DNA from: Gemmatimonadales bacterium
GTDB lineage: Bacteria; Gemmatimonadota; Gemmatimonadetes; Gemmatimonadales; GWC2-71-9
Reading direction: 5' to 3'
Assembly (NCBI GenBank): GCA_965249575.1
Contig: OZ252244.1
Span: 2,976,001 to 3,040,000 of the forward strand
DNA length: 64,000 nt
In this document: positions 40,278-47,977 of the stretch, one piece after another
Position numbering within the stretch: position 1 is the first letter of the stretch
Layout of the letters: the number at the start of each line of letters is the position of its first letter
The notes under the pieces: generated by a model
Seen by the model: the letters and a program-made list of their open reading frames with translations, nothing else
Databases searched by the model: none
What the model was told of the DNA's origin: nothing
Position numbers and translations under genes: made by a program

Positions 40278-40878
40278 GCGTACCGGATCGGTGGCGGGTC
40301 TCCTCCTCGCGGCGGGGAGCTCGAGCCGCATGGGCGAGAACAAGTTGTTCTTCGAGATCGACGGTGAATCGCTGCTCCGCCGCGCCGTCGATACCGCGCT
40401 GTCCGCCGGGCTGGACCCGGTGGTCGTGGTCCTGGGTCACGAGGCTCAGCGCGCGCGCGGGGCACTCCGCGAGCTGCCGTGTCAGATCGTGGTCAACTCG
40501 CAGCACGAGCTGGGGATCAACAGCTCGCTCCGAACCGGAATGGAAAATGTGCCGCCAGATGCCACGGCGGTCGTAGTAATGCTCGCCGACATGCCTTTCG
40601 TGTCGCGCGACATGATCGAGACGCTCGTGCGCCGGTACCGCGGGAGCTCGGCGGCACTCGCGATCTCGCGATACGGCGACGTCAACGCCCCGCCGATGCT
40701 GTACGATCGATCGCTGTTCGGCGAGCTCAACGAGCCACAAGGAGAGGGGTGTGGACGACACGTCGTCCGGAGGCACCGGGACCGGGCCGAGGTCGTCTCG
40801 TGGCCGCCCCAAGCCCTCACGGATCTCGACACGCCGGAAGACTACGAGCGGGTGCGCGACCTCCTGGCACAACGATAG
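40267..40878 (+). CDS. mocA: Molybdenum cofactor cytidylyltransferase-like nucleotidyltransferase
   Basis: LLAAGSSSRMGENKL, LADMP and DLDTPEDY; overlaps the xdhC stop. Confidence 0.85.
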   Translation: MSTERTGSVAGLLLAAGSSSRMGENKLFFEIDGESLLRRAVDTALSAGLDPVVVVLGHEAQRARGALRELPCQIVVNSQHELGINSSLRTGMENVPPDATAVVVMLADMPFVSRDMIETLVRRYRGSSAALAISRYGDVNAPPMLYDRSLFGELNEPQGEGCGRHVVRRHRDRAEVVSWPPQALTDLDTPEDYERVRDLLAQR

Positions 40879-40903
40879 TGGTGACTGCGATGTCATGCCG
40901 GGG

Positions 40904-40932
40904 TTGCCGGATGGAAGTCAGCAAAGTATACT
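40904..40932 (+). promoter_or_regulatory. Sigma70-type promoter for moaA
   Basis: TTGCCG-17 nt-TATACT. Confidence 0.65.
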
Positions 40933-40968
40933 TGGATTGGGAAAAGACGGAACATAGGGCGAAAGCCC

Positions 40969-41028
40969 CGCGGTGGATTTAGCAGTGCTACTTGCCCGGC
41001 CGCGTAACAGCCCAGGGCTAAAGGCGCT
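40969..41028 (+). ncRNA. SAM-II-type riboswitch aptamer (H-type pseudoknot)
   Basis: P1 CGCGGT/GCCGCG, loop GATTT, TTGC pairing with GC-T-AA (GCTAAA), and distal helix AGTGCT/GGCGCT; lies between a promoter and the moaA start. Confidence 0.7.
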
Positions 41029-41037
41029 TTTTTTGTT

Positions 41038-42063
41038 GTGAGCAATCTCGATCTTCTTGGCCGGCCCCTCGGCAGCCTCCGCGTCTCCGTGACCGACCGG
41101 TGCAACCTCCGGTGTCAGTACTGCATGCCGGAGGATGAGTACGTTTGGCTCCCCCGCGCGTCCATTCTCAGTTTCGAGGAAATCGCCCGGCTTGCCGGCA
41201 TCTTCACGGCACTTGGGGTAACCAAGGTCCGGTTAACGGGGGGCGAGCCCCTGCTGCGGCAGGACGTGTCCCGGCTGGTGGAGCAGCTTGCCGCGATCCC
41301 CGACGCGTCGGACCTCGCCATGACGACTAACGGCATTCTCTTGGGCCGGTACGCCGACGATCTCAGGCGGGCGGGCCTGGGGCGCATCACGGTGAGCCTG
41401 GATACGCTGCGTCCCGATCGCTTCGTGCAGCTCACGCGGGCGGCGCGGCACGACGACGTGATCAACGGGATTGGAGCCGCCCGAACCGCCGGCTTCTCGG
41501 GGCTCAAGATCAACTCCGTGGTGGTCCGCGGATACAACGACGACGAGCTGATCGACTTGATCGAGTTCGGGCGAGAGCAGTCGGCGGAGATCCGTTTCAT
41601 CGAATACATGGATGTCGGCGGGGCAACGCGGTGGTCGATGGCGAGCGTGTTCCCTCGGGACGAGATCCTTGCTGCGCTGGCCGCGCGGTATGGTGGGGTC
41701 GAGCCCGTGGACGGTCCCACAACGGCGGCGCCGGCGCAGCGTTTTGCCTTGCCCGACGGAACGACCTTCGGTATCATCGCGTCCACCACGGCTCCGTTTT
41801 GCCGAACGTGCGACCGGAGCCGCCTTACCGCCGACGGGATCTGGTTCCTGTGCCTGTACGCCGAACGCGGGGTGGACCTGAGGGGGCCGATCCGGGACGG
41901 TGCGTCCGACGAGGCCCTGACGGGCCTCCTGTTGAATGCCTGGCGGGCGCGCGCGGATCGCGGCGCCGAGGAACGGGTGGGCATCGCTTCAAGGGGGGCG
42001 TTGCACCATATCGACAGCCTGCGCTTGGATCCACACCAGGAAATGCACACGCGCGGGGGGTGA
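41038..42063 (+). CDS. moaA: GTP 3',8-cyclase
   Basis: LRVSVTDRCNLRCQYCMP, RLTGGEP, FIEYMDVG, FCRTCDRSR...CL and C-terminal GG. Confidence 0.96.
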   Translation: MSNLDLLGRPLGSLRVSVTDRCNLRCQYCMPEDEYVWLPRASILSFEEIARLAGIFTALGVTKVRLTGGEPLLRQDVSRLVEQLAAIPDASDLAMTTNGILLGRYADDLRRAGLGRITVSLDTLRPDRFVQLTRAARHDDVINGIGAARTAGFSGLKINSVVVRGYNDDELIDLIEFGREQSAEIRFIEYMDVGGATRWSMASVFPRDEILAALAARYGGVEPVDGPTTAAPAQRFALPDGTTFGIIASTTAPFCRTCDRSRLTADGIWFLCLYAERGVDLRGPIRDGASDEALTGLLLNAWRARADRGAEERVGIASRGALHHIDSLRLDPHQEMHTRGG

Positions 42064-42128
42064 ACCCCACCCCATGCGCCTCCATACGTGACCGCACGAT
42101 TCCCGACCGCCCACGGAGGCCCGCTGCC

Positions 42129-43267
42129 ATGATGCCCGCCTCGCTCGCCCCGCCTACCTCACCCATCGTTTGGTGTGCTGTCGGCTTGCTCGTAGTGGGA
42201 TGTGGCAGCAAGGGGCCGCCGCCCGATTACGCGCCGGCGCCCGACCTCGTTAGTCGGATTCGCGAAGTCCAGATCTCCACCAACCAGCTCCGGGTTTGCC
42301 CGGGAGAGGTGGTATCTGTCGCGTACGATGCGGTACTGGATGATGGGTCCAGAGTCCCGTTCTCGCGGCGATACAGCCGCGACAACCCACCTCGGCTACA
42401 CGTCCTCTTCCTGGGGCGGTCAAGTCCCGAGGCCATCCCGCTGGAGGGAGGGGATTGGCGCGCCGACCCGGATCCTCACCTCAGCGCCATGCACGGCTTT
42501 CGGTTGAACGCGTTCCTGCGCGCCAAACCGGCCGCAAACGGCCAAGTCGTCGTCGAGCCCGAGTACTCCTGCATGCCGAACGAGTTCTCGTTCGAGGGGG
42601 AGCGGGGTCGGGCGGGCCAGTCCGGGGGGAGCGGTCCGGACGTGACCATCCGGGTCGGTGTATTGCGCTCGCCGTTCTACGAGCGGTTGCTCGTGGTGGG
42701 CCTCGACGTGGGAGCGGCGCGGCTGCCATACGTGTTTGCCGATCCCGAACGGATACCTCTCGCCGACTGGCTCCGAATCGAATCCCGAGGAGGCCGCGGA
42801 GGGCGCGGTGTCCGGGGGAGGGACGGCACCGCTGGGTCTGACGGGCAGGCCGGCTGCCCCGGGTCTCCCGGGGGGGCTGGTGGGGCGGGCGGTAACGGGG
42901 GGCCGGGGGGTGCCGGTGGACGAGGGGGCAGGACTACCGTCGTGGTGCCCGAGGACGAGCCCTTGCTTGCGGGCCTGATCGAAGCGGGGAGCCCCTCGGC
43001 GGCCGAGGTGGCCCGGGCGGGAAGGCCGGTGCAGAGGGGGGGCCTGGCGGAGAGGGCGGTCCCGCACAGGGCCGGCCGGGGCAGCAGTGCGTGAAAGGGG
43101 CGGATGGCTCGCAGGGATCGGAGGGGAGTGCAGGGCCCAACGGGTCGAGAGGTGTCAGGGGGCCGCGGCCGCAGGTGCTCACCGTCCCGCAAGGCGAGGT
43201 GTTTGGCGCCCGTCTGCCGAGAGAGCTGGACGCGCTCATCGAGTACTCGGAGAGTGCGCAGCCCTGA
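42129..43267 (+). CDS. Lipoprotein with Gly-X-Y collagen-like segments; frameshift near 42992
   Basis: Lipobox VVGC; G-X-Y runs before and after the shift; the corrected frame ends ...ELDALIEYSESAQP at 43267. Confidence 0.7.
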
Positions 43268-43360
43268 GCCGTCCGAGTCGGCCCGCGCCACGGTCTCGGT
43301 GGCAGCGAGCTCCCACTCGACATCAGTGTAGGCTTGACACCCCACAGAGGGAGCTGGTCC

Positions 43361-44524
43361 GTGAACGTCAGCGTGCCAAAGGAGATCGTCCCCGGCGAGC
43401 ACCGCGTAGCCCTGGTGCCCGACGTTGCAGGGAAGCTCGGGCGCGAGGGTGTGTCCGTACGCCTAGAAGCCGGTGCCGGAACGCCGGCGGGATTCCCGGA
43501 CGATCTGTATGCGGCCGCGGGCGTGGAGGTCCAGACCGATACCTCGGCGCTCTGGGGCAGCGCGGACGCCATCCTGAAGATCCACCGGCCGATCCAGAAT
43601 GCGGATCTCGGGAAGAACGAAGTGGAGCTCATGCGAAAGGGGGCGATCCTGATCGCGGTCTTTCAGCCCCTGGTGAATCACGACGTCGTGCGCTCGCTCG
43701 CTCGACACAACGTCACGAGTTTCAGCCTGGACCTACTCCCGAGGATCACGCGAGCACAACCAATGGATGTGCTGTCGGCGATGAGCACGGTGGCAGGTTA
43801 CAAGGCGGTGCTTATGGGCGCCGGGGCGCTCGGCAAATTCTTTCCGATGCTGGTGACCGCGGCCGGGACGCTGGTCCCGGCGCGGGTCCTCGTTCTGGGA
43901 GCCGGCGTAGCCGGCCTCCAGGCGATCGCGACCGCCCGTCGGCTGGGAGCCCTCGTGCAGGCGTTCGACGTCCGGCCGGCGGCGAGGGAACAGGTCGAGA
44001 GCCTTGGGGCGCGGTTCCTCGCGCCGGAGGAGGTGTCGGACGAGGGCGAGGGGGCTGGCGGGTACGCCAAGCAGCTCTCGCAGGAACAGCACCGCCGGGA
44101 GCTCGAGCTGATCGCAAAGAGCATCAAAGACGTGGACGTCGTGGTGACCACCGCGCTGATCCCGGGGAAACCGGCACCCACGCTCATAACGCGCGACATG
44201 GTGGAATCGATGCGGCCGGGATCTGTGGTAGTCGACCTTGCGGCGGAGGCGGGGGGCAACTGCGAGCTGAGCCGCGCTGGAGAGACCGTCGCGGCCCACG
44301 GTGTCCAGATCCTGGCTCCGGTCAACATTCCCGCCACCCTGCCGCTTCACGCGAGTCAAATGTACTCCCGGAACATCTCCACGTTCTTGAAGCACTTGTT
44401 GAAGGACGGCGAGGTGGTCCTCGACTTCGACGATGAAATCACACGCGACACCTGCGTGACCCACGAAGGCCGCATTCGGAGCGAAGCCGTCGCGAAAGCC
44501 ATGGAGGGGGGGGACAGGACATGA
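43361..44524 (+). CDS. pntA: NAD(P) transhydrogenase alpha-1 subunit
   Basis: VPKE...EHRVA, RITRAQPMDVLS, GAGVAGLQAI, GGYAK and GGNCE. Confidence 0.95.
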   Translation: MNVSVPKEIVPGEHRVALVPDVAGKLGREGVSVRLEAGAGTPAGFPDDLYAAAGVEVQTDTSALWGSADAILKIHRPIQNADLGKNEVELMRKGAILIAVFQPLVNHDVVRSLARHNVTSFSLDLLPRITRAQPMDVLSAMSTVAGYKAVLMGAGALGKFFPMLVTAAGTLVPARVLVLGAGVAGLQAIATARRLGALVQAFDVRPAAREQVESLGARFLAPEEVSDEGEGAGGYAKQLSQEQHRRELELIAKSIKDVDVVVTTALIPGKPAPTLITRDMVESMRPGSVVVDLAAEAGGNCELSRAGETVAAHGVQILAPVNIPATLPLHASQMYSRNISTFLKHLLKDGEVVLDFDDEITRDTCVTHEGRIRSEAVAKAMEGGDRT

Positions 44525-44817
44525 TCGAAGGGTTGGTGTCGCTCTTGGTCATCTTCGTGCTCGCGATGTTCGTCGGGTTCGAAGTGATCACCAAGGTCCC
44601 GCCCACGCTCCACACGCCTCTCATGTCGGGCTCGAATGCGATCTCGGGGGTGACCATCCTCGGGGCGATCGTCGTAGCCGGCAGGGGGGACGAGCGGCTC
44701 GCCAGCATACTAGGGCTGGCGGCTGTGATCTTCGCCATGATCAACGTCGTGGGCGGGTTCCTGGTCACCGACCGGATGCTGAGGATGTTCAAGCGCAAGC
44801 CGGGGGATCGGAGGTGA
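44521..44817 (+). CDS. pntA: NAD(P) transhydrogenase alpha-2 subunit
   Basis: VPPTLHTPLMSGSNAISG and NVVGGFLVTDRML. Confidence 0.95.
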   Translation: MIEGLVSLLVIFVLAMFVGFEVITKVPPTLHTPLMSGSNAISGVTILGAIVVAGRGDERLASILGLAAVIFAMINVVGGFLVTDRMLRMFKRKPGDRR

Positions 44818-46214
44818 TCGACGCCCTCATCCGGCTTTCGTATCTGCTGGCCGCCGTGCTGTTCATTCTGGGGCTCAAGCGTCTCAGCTCCCCCGCCACG
44901 GCCAGGGGGGGAAACCGCCTCGCGGCCACCGGGATGCTCATCGCCATCGTGGCCACCCTGGTCGATCGACAAATCCTCTCGTTCGAGCTGATCGTCATCG
45001 GGATCGTCGTGGGATCGGCGATCGGCGCCGTCATGGCGCGCACCGTCAAGATGACGTCGATGCCGCAGATGGTGGCCCTGTTGAATGGCTTCGGCGGCGG
45101 CGCCTCCGGCCTCGTCGTCGCGGCTGAATACCAGCGGAATCTCGGAAGTGCCGTGCCGATCCCGCTGAACGTGGGCATCAGCATTCAGCTGAGCATGCTG
45201 ATCGGCGCGGTCACACTCTCGGGCAGCGTCGTTGCGTTCGCCAAGCTCCAGGACCTGGTCACGGGCAGGGCGGTGACGTATCCGCTGCAGAAGACCGTGA
45301 ACGCCCTTCTGCTGGCGGGACTCCTCGGTTTGCTGGTGTGGCTCGTCGCGTCGCCTCCTCACTCGGCCGGCTTCGCGGCCCTCGTGGTCCTGGCCCTCAT
45401 CCTCGGCGTGCTATCGGTGATCCCGATCGGCGGGGCCGACATGCCGGTCGTGATCTCGCTCCTCAACTCCTACTCCGGGCTCGCGGCCTCGATGACCGGG
45501 TTCGCGATCAATAACCACGGTCTGGTCATCAGCGGTGCGCTCGTGGGCGCGTCGGGAATCATCCTCACGCAGATCATGTGTAAGGGGATGAACCGTTCCC
45601 TGACCAACGTGCTCTTTGGCGCTTTCGGTTCGGGAGCGGGCGCCGCGGCTCTCGGGCCGGCGCGGAGCGCCGAGGGCAAGCAGGCGCGGCAGATTTCCGT
45701 CGAGGACGCGGCAATGCTCCTGGCCTATGCCCGTCAGGTCGTCGTCGTGCCCGGATACGGGCTCGCCGTGGCCCAGGCACAGCATGTCGTGAGGGAGTTG
45801 GGCGAGCTGATCGAAGCCCGCGGCGGTGCCGTGAAGTACGCAATCCATCCGGTCGCCGGCCGCATGCCGGGGCACATGAACGTCTTGTTGGCCGAGGCGG
45901 ACGTGCCATATCCACAGCTCTTCGACATGGATCAGATCAATCCCGAGTTCGAGCGCACGGACGTCGCGTTGGTGATCGGCGCCAACGACGTGGTCAACCC
46001 CGCGGCTCGCAGCGCTCCTGACAGCCCGCTGTACGGGATGCCGATCCTGAACGCCGACAAGGCGCAGAATATCATCGTCCTCAAGCGCAGCATGAATCCG
46101 GGTTTCGCCGGCATTGAGAACGATCTCTTCTACGACCCGAAAACCTCGATGCTGTTTGGCGACGCCAAGCAATCGCTCACCAAGCTGGTGGCTGAGGTGG
46201 GGGAAGCGGATTAG
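44814..46214 (+). CDS. pntB: NAD(P) transhydrogenase beta subunit
   Basis: MPQMVA, IGGADMPVVIS, PGYGLAVAQAQH and HPVAGRMPGHMN. Confidence 0.97.
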   Translation: MIDALIRLSYLLAAVLFILGLKRLSSPATARGGNRLAATGMLIAIVATLVDRQILSFELIVIGIVVGSAIGAVMARTVKMTSMPQMVALLNGFGGGASGLVVAAEYQRNLGSAVPIPLNVGISIQLSMLIGAVTLSGSVVAFAKLQDLVTGRAVTYPLQKTVNALLLAGLLGLLVWLVASPPHSAGFAALVVLALILGVLSVIPIGGADMPVVISLLNSYSGLAASMTGFAINNHGLVISGALVGASGIILTQIMCKGMNRSLTNVLFGAFGSGAGAAALGPARSAEGKQARQISVEDAAMLLAYARQVVVVPGYGLAVAQAQHVVRELGELIEARGGAVKYAIHPVAGRMPGHMNVLLAEADVPYPQLFDMDQINPEFERTDVALVIGANDVVNPAARSAPDSPLYGMPILNADKAQNIIVLKRSMNPGFAGIENDLFYDPKTSMLFGDAKQSLTKLVAEVGEAD

Positions 46215-46252
46215 GAGGTAGGGGTCGGGCCGAGGGTGCGAGCCGCTCCGGC

Positions 46253-46663
46253 TCACGCATCGTTCGAATCGACGGACCCACGCTGTTTCTTGAGCTCACC
46301 TCGGCGCCGTTTCTCCTGTAACCTCGCCCTCTTGGCCGCGGCGGACGGCTTGGTCTTCTTGCGCGGCTTGGGCATTTTGAGCGCCCGATGTACCAGTGCG
46401 TGCAGCCGCTCCACCGCGGCCTCTCGATTCTGGTGCTGGCTGCGGCGCTCCCCGGCCGAGACGCGAAGTATCCCCGCCGAGTCGATCCGAGACCGCAACT
46501 TTTCGAGCAGTCGCGTTCGCTGGCGCTCCGAGAGTGCGGGACTTCCGGCCACGTCCCAGAGAACCTCGACTTTCGTGGAGGTCTTGTTGACGTGTTGCCC
46601 GCCCGCCCCTCCGGCCCTGCTGGTGCGGAACCTCAGCTCGTCTTCCGGGATTCGTAAGGGCAT
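46253..46663 (-). CDS. arfB: Alternative ribosome rescue factor B
   Basis: GAGGQHVNK, RSQHQNR and a basic C-terminal tail. Confidence 0.93.
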   Translation of the reverse strand: MPLRIPEDELRFRTSRAGGAGGQHVNKTSTKVEVLWDVAGSPALSERQRTRLLEKLRSRIDSAGILRVSAGERRSQHQNREAAVERLHALVHRALKMPKPRKKTKPSAAAKRARLQEKRRRGELKKQRGSVDSNDA

Positions 46664-46760
46664 GAGGAAAAGATAGTGTCGGGCCTTGGCGTACATGCGC
46701 GCTGGCGGCCCTCATGCCGCCAGCCCACTTTTGATCACCTTGTATGAGCATGGAGGACGC

Positions 46761-47963
46761 GTGAGCGCTTCGCCGGCGTCGATAGGCGGGTCGGAACGGT
46801 CGAGCACTGGTGCAGCGCCTCTGGCCCTGATGTTGTCTGGGGGCGGGGCGCGGGCCGCCTATCAGGTGGGTGTGCTCGCGGCGATCGCGGAGATGGTGCC
46901 GGACCTCGATCTGCCCATTCTGACCGGCGTTTCCGCCGGCGCGATCAATACGGCGTACCTCGCGGCGCACGGTGGAACGCTCAAGCAGGCGGTGGGCGGA
47001 CTCCAAGAGCAATGGGCCGGTTTGACGGCCGATCAGGTCTATTGCGTTCGCGCTCCGGGTGTTCTCCGGGGCTTGAGGCGCTGGGTCTGGCGTCATGTGT
47101 TCCGAGGATCGAACGAGCAGGCCTCCATACGCGGCCTCATGGATCTCCGGCCGTTGCGAACATTCCTGTCGGGGTGCATCGACTTCGACAACATCGAGAC
47201 CAAGGTGCGGTCCGGGCGCCTGCGGGCCGTGGCGTTGAGCACGACCTCCTATGCGTCGGGCTCCACCGTCACGTTCGTGCACGCCGCTCCCGAGATCGCC
47301 ACGTGGGAACGGGCACAGCGAATTGCCGTTCGCGCCCGCATCGAGATCGATCATGTCATGGCTTCGTCCGCCATTCCGATCGCCTTTCCAGCGGTACGGC
47401 TGGAGGACGGGTTTTACGGTGACGGAAGCATTCGGCAGGCGGCGCCCTTAGCGCCCGCCATTCATCTCGGTGCCGGGCGAGTGCTCGCGATCGCGATGCG
47501 TGCACAGCGGCCGAGCCGCCGCCCGGTTCGCCCCGTTTCGGAATACCCGTCGGCCGCGGAGGTCATCGGCCTGTTGTTCCATACGGTCTTCCTCGACGCG
47601 CTCGATGCCGACGTCGAGCGGCTCGAACGCATCAACGCCCTCCTCCGGACCCTCAGCCCAGGGTGCGTGGTTCCGAACCAGCTTCGTGTGGTGGATTTGC
47701 TCGTTCTGAGACCGTCGAGAGACCTCGGCGCCCTGGCAGCGGGCCGCTCGGGATCTCTGCCAGCTAGGGTGCGATGGGTGGTGAGAGCGATGGGGGGAGG
47801 GCGCGAGGGGGCGGCGGATTTCCTGAGCTACTTACTGTTCGAGCCACATTACACGGATCTGCTGGTGGAGCTTGGACACGCGGACGCCCGTGCGCAGTGG
47901 GACCGGATCGAGCCGTTCCTGGCGGGCGACAGCAAGGCCGCCGCGTATCCGGGGCGTCCCTGA
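46761..47963 (+). CDS. Patatin-like phospholipase
   Basis: LSGGGARAAYQVG, GVSAG, ASSAIP and DGS; GGAGG RBS before GTG. Confidence 0.92.
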   Translation: MSASPASIGGSERSSTGAAPLALMLSGGGARAAYQVGVLAAIAEMVPDLDLPILTGVSAGAINTAYLAAHGGTLKQAVGGLQEQWAGLTADQVYCVRAPGVLRGLRRWVWRHVFRGSNEQASIRGLMDLRPLRTFLSGCIDFDNIETKVRSGRLRAVALSTTSYASGSTVTFVHAAPEIATWERAQRIAVRARIEIDHVMASSAIPIAFPAVRLEDGFYGDGSIRQAAPLAPAIHLGAGRVLAIAMRAQRPSRRPVRPVSEYPSAAEVIGLLFHTVFLDALDADVERLERINALLRTLSPGCVVPNQLRVVDLLVLRPSRDLGALAAGRSGSLPARVRWVVRAMGGGREGAADFLSYLLFEPHYTDLLVELGHADARAQWDRIEPFLAGDSKAAAYPGRP

Positions 47964-47977
47964 TTAGCAGAGCGTAA

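Noticed and set aside
40880..41037. Moco riboswitch upstream of moaA
   Set aside because: I could not find the multi-stem Moco motif layout, and the leader is short and fits SAM-II features instead. A covariance search should confirm this.
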